From an uncultured delta proteobacterium (GTDB lineage Bacteria > Desulfobacterota > Binatia > UBA9968), in the NCBI GenBank assembly GCA_963847445.1, contig CAWJZV010000048.1, positions 224,001 through 288,000 on the forward strand: 64,000 bases of DNA, given 5' to 3'. The notes beneath the pieces were generated by a model, which saw only the letters and a list, made by a program, of their open reading frames with translations, was not told where the DNA came from and ran no database searches. Shown here one piece after another: positions 51,093-60,092 of the stretch; the stretch's first letter is position 1, and every line of letters begins with the position of its first letter. The translations under genes and the position numbers were made by a program.

Positions 51093-52121
51093 CTATCTCC
51101 CGCCGAAGACCTCATGAAAGGTTTTGGCGTAGCCCTCGAAGTTTTCCAGCACTTCAGCAGGCGCGAAGGCGGGTTTGATGCCTTCGATGAAGCGCGCTTG
51201 CTCGGGCGGCGTGTCCGTGCGGTCGGGGATGCGGCTCATGCCCCGCACCAGCTCCTGGCCGCGCTTCGACAGCACGAAGTCGATAAACAGTTTGGCGGCG
51301 TTGGGATGAGGCGCTTTGGCGGAGATGCCGACGGGGTGAATGTTGGCGAACACAGGATTTAAATAAACCCAATCCACCGGCGCGCCGGCCGGTTTCATCG
51401 TTTCGAAGGTTTGCGAGTAGGCGCTTAACGCGCCTTTAAATTCACCGGCGGCAACCAGCTGAGCAAGGATCGTCCGGCCATTGCGCAGCCCGACCTGTTT
51501 GGCGAGCTCACGCATGAAAGCCAGCCCCTTCTCTTCGCCCATCGCTTTGATCATGGTGCCGAACCACTCGTACGCCCGCGTATCGATGCCGATATTGCCT
51601 TTCCACTCCGGCTTCAGCAGATCGTTGTGCGTCTTGGGAATGCTCGCCCGCGGCACGTTGCGCGTGTTGAAGCCGAAGGCGGAATAGTTGGTGTAGATCG
51701 AAGTCCAAGTGGCCTGCGGATCTTTGTAGCCGTCACGATAGAACTTGCGTTCGGGCGAATCGTAAGTCGCCAGCATGCCGCGCTTTTTGAGATTGTAACC
51801 GTAGAAGCTCGTGCTCATCACCACGTCAAACAAACCGCGCCCGGCGCGTCCCTCGGTGAGAATGCGCTCCATCAACTGCGCGTCGGTGGCGCGGTAAAAG
51901 GTCGCTTCGATCTTCGGATAAAGCTTTTGAAAGCCGTCGGTCAAAGTTTTCGTATCGGTGGCGTTGAAGGCCGCGTAAAACATCATCTTGCCTTCCGCCT
52001 CGGCGAGAGTTCTTACATCCTGCGCCCAAGCCGCACCGGCGCTGATGAATACCGATGCCGCCACCGCCACGCGCGCAGCAAACCTTGAACTTTGAACCTT
52101 GTATCTTGAACTAAACATCAT
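51093..52121 (-). CDS. Extracellular solute-binding protein (AfuA/Fe3+-like family)
   Basis: Signal peptide (AWA); AEGKMMFY, DLLKPEWKG, APHPNAAKLFIDFVLS; ATGA overlap with upstream gene. Confidence 0.85.
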   Translation of the reverse strand: MMFSSRYKVQSSRFAARVAVAASVFISAGAAWAQDVRTLAEAEGKMMFYAAFNATDTKTLTDGFQKLYPKIEATFYRATDAQLMERILTEGRAGRGLFDVVMSTSFYGYNLKKRGMLATYDSPERKFYRDGYKDPQATWTSIYTNYSAFGFNTRNVPRASIPKTHNDLLKPEWKGNIGIDTRAYEWFGTMIKAMGEEKGLAFMRELAKQVGLRNGRTILAQLVAAGEFKGALSAYSQTFETMKPAGAPVDWVYLNPVFANIHPVGISAKAPHPNAAKLFIDFVLSKRGQELVRGMSRIPDRTDTPPEQARFIEGIKPAFAPAEVLENFEGYAKTFHEVFGGR

Positions 52122-52840
52122 GGCATCTCCGCCAACAGCCGCCCGTAACCCTGCAACGGCTCGTTCAGGTTCAGAATCTTCTTGGTCGCCCACACCTGCG
52201 CCGGAATGCTCGACAGCACGGTGGTCTTCAAATCTTTCTCCAGCATCTCGATCACCGGCAGATTGTGCCAGCCGGCGCCGAGCATGTAGATGCCGTCGGC
52301 CCTGCCGCTGTCGAGAAAAACTTTCTTGGCGAAGTTGTAGATCGCTTCCGGCGATAGTTTACCGGCATCCTTGAACGGCACCTCGATGCCCTCCATCGCC
52401 TTGACGACAAAACCGTCGTCTTCGAGAAACTTGGCAAAGCGCTGGTTCATTTCGCCGGTGAAATAGGTCACGCCGACCAGCTTCTTCATGCCGAGCGCGC
52501 GAAATGCGTCGACCTGCGCGATGGTCGCGACGGTGACGGGAATTTTGTATTTCGCGGTCAACGAATCGGCAATCTGCCGGTCGGCGCCATGGCCACGCAC
52601 CATGGTCGGCGGCGCGCCCATGATCATCACGACGTCGGCACCCAGCTCAGCCAAGCGCGCAACTTTTTTCTCGGCGACAGTCAACGCCTCCTGGAGCTCC
52701 TTCTCGTTGCCGGCGCGAACGCCGGCATGAGCAGGTATGAAGCCGACCCCTTCCGGCATAAGCTTGATGAAGCTCTCCATCGATCCCGGACGATAAGTGG
52801 GTTTGACCAATCCGACAATTCCTCGTGATCCGTAGTACAT
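52118..52840 (-). CDS. Asp/Glu racemase / maleate isomerase / arylmalonate decarboxylase superfamily protein
   Basis: GIVGLVKP, IPVT, AFRALG, ADGIY, LEKDL, VLSS, GYGRLL pattern; no cysteine in 240 aa. Confidence 0.8.
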   Translation of the reverse strand: MYYGSRGIVGLVKPTYRPGSMESFIKLMPEGVGFIPAHAGVRAGNEKELQEALTVAEKKVARLAELGADVVMIMGAPPTMVRGHGADRQIADSLTAKYKIPVTVATIAQVDAFRALGMKKLVGVTYFTGEMNQRFAKFLEDDGFVVKAMEGIEVPFKDAGKLSPEAIYNFAKKVFLDSGRADGIYMLGAGWHNLPVIEMLEKDLKTTVLSSIPAQVWATKKILNLNEPLQGYGRLLAEMP

Positions 52841-53287
52841 ATACTCACCGCTCGCTTTCTTCGCTATTCAACCGCTCGAATATCCTACTCATAAGTTCTT
52901 ATCAAGCGGCAAGCCCGGTGACAATGAATCTCCAGGATTGCGAGTCAGCGGATTGCGGTCGCGATAATCTTACTCGACAGCGCCGTCAGCCGGACAAAGT
53001 TTTGGTGGAAAGAAAATTTCGCTCCGAGAAATTTGCGTCGCAAATAAACGACGATCGCTTCGCGACAACCCGGATATTCACCTATGCCGGCCAACGATTC
53101 TTCCATAGCTTCACTCGAGCCGACTTGCCATCTCTTCTCGCCTGGAAATTAGACTCTAACCCGGCCCCGAATAAAACGGATTATGCGGTTGTCACGGCGG
53201 CGCTAATCTTGTTATTGGAATAACTACCGGTGCACGAACCGGGTTAATCAAATCGCTAATCCGAACGGGGACTTTGAGGGGGAACCA

Positions 53288-54281
53288 ATGAATATCCAGT
53301 TTAGCGTCGGCATGGCGCCCAATCCGCGCACTTGGCCGCTATTTGACGGCAGGGTAAAAGCCGATGGCATCGACCTGATCATGTCGCCGGTGCACGCTTC
53401 CGAGTTATTTTGGCGCCAGCTCCGCTTTGCCGACTTCGACCTGTCTGATATGTCGTTCTCGTCACTGCTGATCGCCATCGCCCACGGCGATAAGCGTTGG
53501 GTCGGTTTGCCGATCTTCACCACGCGGCGGTTATTTCATACCGGCATTCTGGTCCGGCGCGATGCCGGGATCGACACGCCGGCTGATCTCAAAGGCAAAC
53601 GGGTCGCCGTCCCGGAGTACCAGCAGACCGCGGCGTTATGGACGCGCGGCGCGCTGCAGCACGAGTTCGGCGTCGCACCGAAAGATATGGAATTTTGGAT
53701 GGAGCGCAATCCCGAGCACAGCCACGGCGGCGCCACCGAATTCACCGCGCCGCCGGGGGTGACGATTCATCAGATCCCGCTCGGCAAAGACATCGGCTCG
53801 ATGATGCTATCCGGCGAGCTCCAAGCCGCGCTGCATTATCTCGTCAACCAGAATCTCGTCGACCGCAGCAGCGCCGACCTGTGGCACCACCCGGCGATAA
53901 AATACCTATTCCCGGACCCGAAAGCTGAAGGCGTAAGGTATTACAACAAGACCGGAATCTATCCGATCAACCACTGCGTCGTGCTTAAACGCGAGATCGC
54001 CGAGCAGCATCCCTGGGCGATTCTCAATCATTTATAAGGCCTTCGAGCGCGCCAATGCCATCGCCGACGAACAACGTATGGAACATGTCAATTACTACCT
54101 CGAGACCGGCCGGCTGCCGGCGGACGCAAAAACTGCCCTGGCGACGACCTTGGTCCAATACGGCATCAAGGCCAACCGGCGGGTGTTGGAAACCGCGGCG
54201 CAGTATTCAGTCGAGCAAGGATTGACGCCGCGCCTGCTCAAGCTCGATGAAGTATTTGCCCCGAGCACCATGGAGCAGTAG
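53288..54281 (+). CDS. 4,5-dihydroxyphthalate decarboxylase-like protein (frameshift near 54030)
   Basis: RTWPLFDGRVKADGIDL, DLKGKRVAVPEYQQTAALWTRG, TGIYPINHCVV, YGIKANR, EQGLTPR. Confidence 0.82.
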
Positions 54282-54441
54282 CCGCGCCGGTGATTTGCCG
54301 CCGGGTCACGGCCCGCGCCATCGGCCCAACGCTTTCCTGGATATCACCCGGGTCAAGCAGGAAGTCGGCTACCGGCCCGAGTACACGATCGAACGCGCGC
54401 TGGAAGAATACCTCGACTGGCTCAGGATCCATCCAGAGTAA
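54282..54441 (+). pseudogene. 3' remnant of an NAD-dependent epimerase/dehydratase gene
   Basis: LDITRVKQEVGYRPEYTIERALEEYLDW is the typical extended-SDR C-terminus; the rest of the gene is absent. Confidence 0.65.
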
Positions 54442-54552
54442 TTATCCAGCCGCTTAGTTTGCATGGTGTGAAAGCTTATCGCGACGGAGGTCGAGACGAG
54501 TTGGCCAATGCATTCTCCATAAATTACCGGCGGGGCGGCTGGGCAAACTTGA

Positions 54553-55939
54553 TTAAGCCTTAATTTTGTATTCTTCGAGCTTACGATAGAGCGTTGTGCG
54601 GTCGACACCAAGCATCTTAGCGGCTTCGGTCTTGTTGCCTTGGGTCGACTCTAACACTTTGCCGATATATTCCCGTTCGAGATCGGCGAGCGTAAAGTGT
54701 TTGGCGATGCCCTGAACCATTAAGATTTCTAGTTCAGCTTTTTTAGCCATGCCGGGCGGCAAATCGTCCATCCCGATTACAGCGCCTTTTCCCAGAAGTA
54801 CGGCCCTTTCGATGGTGTGTTCGAGTTCACGGATGTTACCCGGCCATTCGTATGCCTTTAACGCCGCCATGGCAGCGGCGCTAACTCCGTCGACTTGATG
54901 TGTGGCGCCGGCGGCGAACTTTTGCACAAAATGATTCACCAATAACGGAATATCGTGGCTGCGCTGGCGCAGGGCCGGCAATTCGATGCGAATGACGTTG
55001 AGCCGATAGTAAAGATCCTGCCTGAACTTGCCGCTTTGCACCTGGTCGACAAGGTTGCGATTGGACGCCGATACGACGCGGGCGTCGATCTTTTCGCTCT
55101 GATTAGCGCCCAGCGGACGAACTTCCTTGTCTTCCAATAAGCGCAGCAATTTTGCCTGTAGAGCGAGGGGGATTTCGCTTATTTCATCCAAAAATAGCAC
55201 TCCGCCGCTGGCCTCCTGAAACAAACCGTGACGATCTTTTCGGGCGTCGGTGAAAGCGCCGCGGACATAGCCGAACAATTCGCTTTCAAGCAAATTTTCC
55301 GGAATCGCCGCGCAGTTCACCGCGACAAACGGCCCCGTCGCCCGCGAGCTATTCTGATGGATCGCACGGGCAATCAATTCTTTACCGGTGCCGCTTTCCC
55401 CTTCAATCAATACATTAGCGGCCAGGTCAGCCACTTGCGCGGTGATTTCCAAGACCCGCTGGATCGCCTCGCTTTGGCCGATGATATTGCGAAAGCGATC
55501 GCGCGCCTGAACCTCAGTGCGCAGCCTTTTGAGTTCGGCGCGGAGTGCTGTCTGTTCCAACGCGCGCTTAACCTGAATCAGAATCTCGTCGTTGTGGAAG
55601 GGTTTAGTCACGTAATGAAATGCGCCCGCGCGCATCGCTTCGACGGCGCTTTCGATGGTGCCAAATGCCGTAACCAGCAGCACTAAGCGCGCCGTTGTCG
55701 ATCTCGCGCAAACGCCGCACCAGCTCCGTGCCCTTCATTCTCGGCATCATCAGGTCGGTAATCGTCAAGGCAAAAGAACTCGATTGGAATTTCTCGATGG
55801 CCGCGTCGCCATCGTTAGCCACCTCGACCGAATAGCCGTCATCGCACAACAAATCCGTCAGCAGTTGACACATCGCGGCATCGTCATCGACCACAAGAAT
55901 ACGCGCCAATGGATTCTTCAGTGCTTGATTAGCCTTCAT
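54553..55939 (-). CDS. Sigma-54-dependent response regulator, NtrC/AtoC type (frameshift near 55685)
   Basis: Receiver (VVDDD, TDLMMP), GESGTGKE, ESELFG, GAFTDA, LDEI, WPGNIREL, Fis-type HTH. Confidence 0.94.
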
Positions 55940-57477
55940 GCGACCATTTCCCGCTGTACGCCCACCGGGGCTATTGTTTCGATCGGCAGGACAATTTCAA
56001 ACCGGGTATAGGCGCCAGGCTGACTGTCGACGCGGATCTCGCCTTGATGATCCTTGATTATGCCGTAGGCGACCGACAACCCAAGTCCTGTGCCTTCGCC
56101 CACGTCTTTGGTTGTGAAAAACGGGTCGAATACCTGCCCGAGATGTTCGGCGGGGATGCCGGCGCCGTTGTCTTCAAAGTTAATCCGCAGCTTGTCATCG
56201 TCAACCATCCCATCGTCATTGACACTCTGATGGCGCACCACCTCTGCGGTGATTTCGATAGTTCCGCCGGGTGGCAAAGCGTGCAGCGAGTTGAGAAACA
56301 GATTGATAAACACCTGCTGCAGCTGATGCGGATCGCCTTTAATACTGGGCAGCGTCGGGGCTATTTTGATGTCGACGGCAATATTCTTTTCGACAATTTT
56401 ATGTTCAAGAAGCCCGGTCACGGTCGCGAGCAGTTGTGCTAGATCGACGCTGCGAAAAGCCGGTTCGCGGCGCCGGGAAAACTCCAGAAGCTGCCGAACG
56501 ATCCCGGCGATGCGATCGATTTGCGATCGAATGATTTCCAAGTTCTTACCGGTATCCTCGGCGCTTCGCGGTCGTCGCAACAAGAACTCGGCGCGGCCGC
56601 CGATAATACCTAAGGGCGTGCCGATTTCATGAGCTAGGCCGGCGGCGAACTGACCGACGGACGCGAGCTTTTCCGATTGCCGCAGGTTTCGCTCCAGAGT
56701 CAACCGTTCCTGCTGCTCTTCGATCAGTCGGCCGTACAAGTCCTGAAGGCGTTCGCACATCCGGTTGAATTCACCCGCCAACGAACTGATTTCGCTTTTC
56801 TCCTGGATTTGAATTCGTTCTTGCCAACGTCCATCGCCGATGGCTCGAATGCGCTCGATTAGCCCGTCTATTGGCCGCGCGACGTTGCGTCGCACGAAAA
56901 ATAAAATGAGCAGCGAAAGCAGCGCGATCATAATCGAACTCGTGACGATGATGCGATTGCGTCGGGTCTCGAGAGTTCGGCTGGACTCTAAGCCGCGCCG
57001 CGCGAGCACGAACGCGCCGACGAGCTGGTTGTCATGATTTCTAATCGGACCGATCCGGTAATAAACCGGATAGGCCGAATTTTCGACAACCCCCTCCAAT
57101 TCTTCACCGGTACGGAGCACCTCGCGCGGAGAAATACCCAGCACTGGAGCCGGATCGAGGTTGGGGTATTCCTGAGTGCGGGTTAGAGACACCGACTGCG
57201 CCACTGGGTTGGCCGATCGGTCATAGATGACGATGCCATGAATATTACCCGGCCTGCCGACACCATCGATAAAATCCTTCGTCGCTTGAACATCACGTGC
57301 ATCGCCATAGATGAAACGCAATGCGGCTTGAACCGAGCGGGATAGTCCCACCATCCCAACGCGCATTTCCCGCAAGATATTTTCTCGATCCTGACGAAGG
57401 CTCAAGTATCCATGGACCAGCATGATGATTACAATGGTCGAGATCAAAGAGACAACGAGTTTTGTTCCGAGCCGCAT
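55936..57477 (-). CDS. Sensor histidine kinase (2 TM, HAMP, HisKA, HATPase)
   Basis: AHEIGTPL H-box, NLFLNS, DNGAG, FFTTK, GTGLGL; ATGA overlap with the regulator. Confidence 0.95.
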   Translation of the reverse strand: MRLGTKLVVSLISTIVIIMLVHGYLSLRQDRENILREMRVGMVGLSRSVQAALRFIYGDARDVQATKDFIDGVGRPGNIHGIVIYDRSANPVAQSVSLTRTQEYPNLDPAPVLGISPREVLRTGEELEGVVENSAYPVYYRIGPIRNHDNQLVGAFVLARRGLESSRTLETRRNRIIVTSSIMIALLSLLILFFVRRNVARPIDGLIERIRAIGDGRWQERIQIQEKSEISSLAGEFNRMCERLQDLYGRLIEEQQERLTLERNLRQSEKLASVGQFAAGLAHEIGTPLGIIGGRAEFLLRRPRSAEDTGKNLEIIRSQIDRIAGIVRQLLEFSRRREPAFRSVDLAQLLATVTGLLEHKIVEKNIAVDIKIAPTLPSIKGDPHQLQQVFINLFLNSLHALPPGGTIEITAEVVRHQSVNDDGMVDDDKLRINFEDNGAGIPAEHLGQVFDPFFTTKDVGEGTGLGLSVAYGIIKDHQGEIRVDSQPGAYTRFEIVLPIETIAPVGVQREMVA

Positions 57478-57582
57478 TGGAATAGTCGATCCAGTCGATT
57501 CAATTCAGCTAGCCTTAGCCAATAGAACGGCCAGCGTAAATTCACGTTACCGAGACAGCCAAGATTTCGCCGTCGCAGCGGA

Positions 57583-57698
57583 TGTCGTAAAATGCCTCGG
57601 TCTGTGGAATTTTACAACAAACCTCCAGTTGCATGTCGATACTGCTAATTTTTGAACGCTAGCGCTTAACCGCCTTCACAATGTTTCAATTTGCCACA
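57583..57698. promoter_or_regulatory. Enhancer-binding protein sites (TGT-N11-ACA-type boxes)
   Basis: TGTCGTAAAATGCCTCG (57583, degenerate), TGTGGAATTTTACAACA (57603) and TGTTTCAATTTGCCACA (57682); first two are 20 bp apart. Confidence 0.65.
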
Positions 57699-57759
57699 CT
57701 TTTCACAGCACCATCGTTCGGAGTTGCCCGTTTTATCTGAGATTAAATCGCGCGATTCA

Positions 57760-57775
57760 TGGCATCGCAATTGCT
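57760..57775 (+). promoter_or_regulatory. Sigma-54 -24/-12 promoter
   Basis: TGGCATCGCAATTGCT has GG-N10-GC spacing and closely follows TGGCACG-N4-TTGCW; lies beside a sigma-54 activator gene. Confidence 0.8.
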
Positions 57776-57836
57776 GAACCAGCGCCTGCGGCATGTGCAA
57801 AAACATGTCGACAAATTTAACGGAGGAAAACTGACG

Positions 57837-57956
57837 ATGTTGAAAAAACTCTGGGGGGCGATGCTAATAGTCGCGCTATTCGCGCTTGCTGGTTGCCCTG
57901 AGGTTTCACAACAGGGCAGCGGCGGTTCGTCCGAAAAAATGAGCGGCGGAGATTAA
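57837..57956 (+). CDS. 39-aa lipoprotein (20-aa mature lipopeptide)
   Basis: GGAGG RBS; MLKKLWGAMLIVALFALAG-CPEVSQQGSGGSSEKMSGGD with consensus LAGC lipobox. Confidence 0.72.
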   Translation: MLKKLWGAMLIVALFALAGCPEVSQQGSGGSSEKMSGGD

Positions 57957-57982
57957 CGCGCCGACTTCCAACCAAGCCACTT

Positions 57983-58028
57983 CGACGCGCGGCAGCCAAC
58001 TGAAGCATAGAAGTTGCCGCGCGTCGAC
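57983..58028 (+). terminator. Hairpin downstream of the small lipoprotein gene
   Basis: TCGACGCGCGGCAGC ... GTTGCCGCGCGTCGA (14/15 Watson-Crick pairs plus one G-U); no strong U-tract. Confidence 0.45.
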
Positions 58029-58199
58029 GCATCTTACTGCGGCTTACTGTGCTGTCGTGGCACAATAATAGCCAACTTGAGCGATCAGAACCGCACCACG
58101 GTCCTCAATAACCATAGATTTGCCGCGCGGTTCTGCCATTCAGCAAATGCCGCCATCGCGGCCCAAGACCAGTTAGGTCCACTTAACCATTCGTACTGG

Positions 58200-59647
58200 C
58201 TATGGCAACTTCAGTCCAAGCTCATTGGCCACCGCTTGCTCGACGACCGTGCCCTTGAAGAAGTCCGGGTTGTTGCGCGTGTGCAGCTGCGCCGCGTTGG
58301 TGAAGGTGAACTCGCGGAAATCCTGCTCGGTGACGAATCCCTTCTCCACCAATTCAGAAGCTTCTGGAATCACCTCCGCGAAATCGGGCACGTCGAAATG
58401 CGTGAAGTCGGAGCTGAAGACCGGGCGTAGCCGCACGCCCATGCGCGGATCGAAGGCCCACATGGTCGCCCGGTCGTCGGCCTCGCAGCCGAAGTAGAAG
58501 TTACCGGAGAACACCGCTCGGATATCGTCCTTTGAGTTAACTCCTGACGCTGCAAAATCGTCCGCGACATGCTCGGGGCGGCAGAGTTCTTCAATACTGC
58601 ACTCCGGGCGAAATGCGATCGAGACTGTTCATGATCGCGTCGGCGCTGGCTTGCAGTTTTTGATCGCCATAACGGTCGATAAGTCGATGCAACTCGGCGA
58701 CGATTGGTTGTGCTGGGGTATTGCAAACCAGCGCGTTGCCGCTTCTCCCAGTGTTCGATTAAGTCGAGACACATCTGACAGGCCCAGCTCACGCCGCCTT
58801 CCATGAAGCCAAAATTGAGGCTTGGATAGCGACGCACCAGACCGCCCAGGAAAACGCCGCGCGCAAAGGCATGGTTCGATTCCGCGAAGTGGCCGACGTG
58901 GTTGTAGGTGAAGTTGCTGATCGATGCGCGATCTTGCCAGCGACCGCTACCCGAGTGTTGGGTCACCGCCACGCCAAGTTCGACACAGCGCCGCCACAAC
59001 GGCTCGTAGTCATAAGGGCTGTCGAGAGCGATGGTATCGACAGTACCAAGCGGCCTTCCGCGCATCGCCTCCGTCCGCCGCAGCTGGGATCGCCCGCTCC
59101 TGGTTGCCGCGCAGCATGATCGCTTTGAAACCGCGCTGCTTAACCGCGTATTCCAGTTCCTCAAGCGCTTCGTCCGGCGTCACTGACGGAATGATAGCTA
59201 CCGGCGCGAACCTGGCGGCATAGGGCGCAAACATGTCCGCCGTCATCATGTTGTAGGCACGCACCGCGGCCCGGTGCAGATCGACCTCAGACATGCCGTT
59301 GATGCTGAGCCCAAAGCTCGGATAGATCAGCGCGAAGTCGATACCCAATTCGGGCAGGCGCTCGTTCAGCAAGGCCGGCAGCAATGCCGTTGCCTTGTCG
59401 AGAGTATTGGTGGTCGCCCCCCACCAGATGGCGCGGCGCGTGCGATTATGCTGCCGCTCCTTCCAGTGTGGACGCGGTACCACGCGTCCCTTGCGCGCCA
59501 CACCGCTCTCATCTGGTCGACAGATTTCGCGCCGCCCACTTCGCTGAGGTATTCTAGAAAGACCGGAATCGGCTCCATCCAATGGCCGTCGCCGTCGATC
59601 ACCGGATGCTTCAGCCCGTCGTGTATCTCTGCGGCTCGATTCTCCAT
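58200..59647 (-). CDS. Amidohydrolase-2 family protein (several frameshifts)
   Basis: VIDGDGH, ALIYPS, YEPLWRRCVELG, FMEGGVSW, FGCEADD, FSSDFTHFD across four frames. Confidence 0.85.
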
Positions 59648-59814
59648 AGTCACCACTCCTCTTGTGAATTTACTTCTTCTATAATCGCTAAGCCGGCGAG
59701 TCGTCAATCGCATTCGAGCGCATGAGTGCTCGGGGAAAATTGACCAGGGGTTACCTGTTAGCCGGCAGTTCACTTCGACCACGATTCTTCAAGAACTGAC
59801 GCGACTCACCGGAG

Positions 59815-60068
59815 CGGCAACGTCTCAAGGCCTACGAGAAGTTTGCCAACATGATCGAGAGTCGCTGGGAAAGTATCGCAGGTTACTGCAAGCTTGAAAA
59901 CAAGGTTGCGCTCGGCATTGTGAAAGGATTGAGCAACAAGATCCGTGTGATCTAGAGACGAAGCCACGGCCTACGCGACGAGGAATTCTTGCATCTGAAG
60001 ATTCTTACTTGCATGCTGGACCGATCTAAGATCATTTCAAAATCACCCAATCGATATGGAGATGATCC
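59815..60068 (+). mobile_element. ISL3-family transposase 3' remnant with right end
   Basis: LKAYEKFANMIESRWESIAGYCKLENKVALGIVKGLSNKIRVI-stop-RRSHGLRDEEFLHLKIL resembles ISL3 EGxNNKIK...RxYG; ends in an IR-like GGAGATGATCC. Confidence 0.75.
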
Positions 60069-60092
60069 TCTATCTAACCTTCACGCCAACAG

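Noticed and set aside
55240-55262. GAFTDA instead of GAFTGA in the sigma-54 activator
   Set aside because: A naturally occurring variant; not evidence of inactivity.
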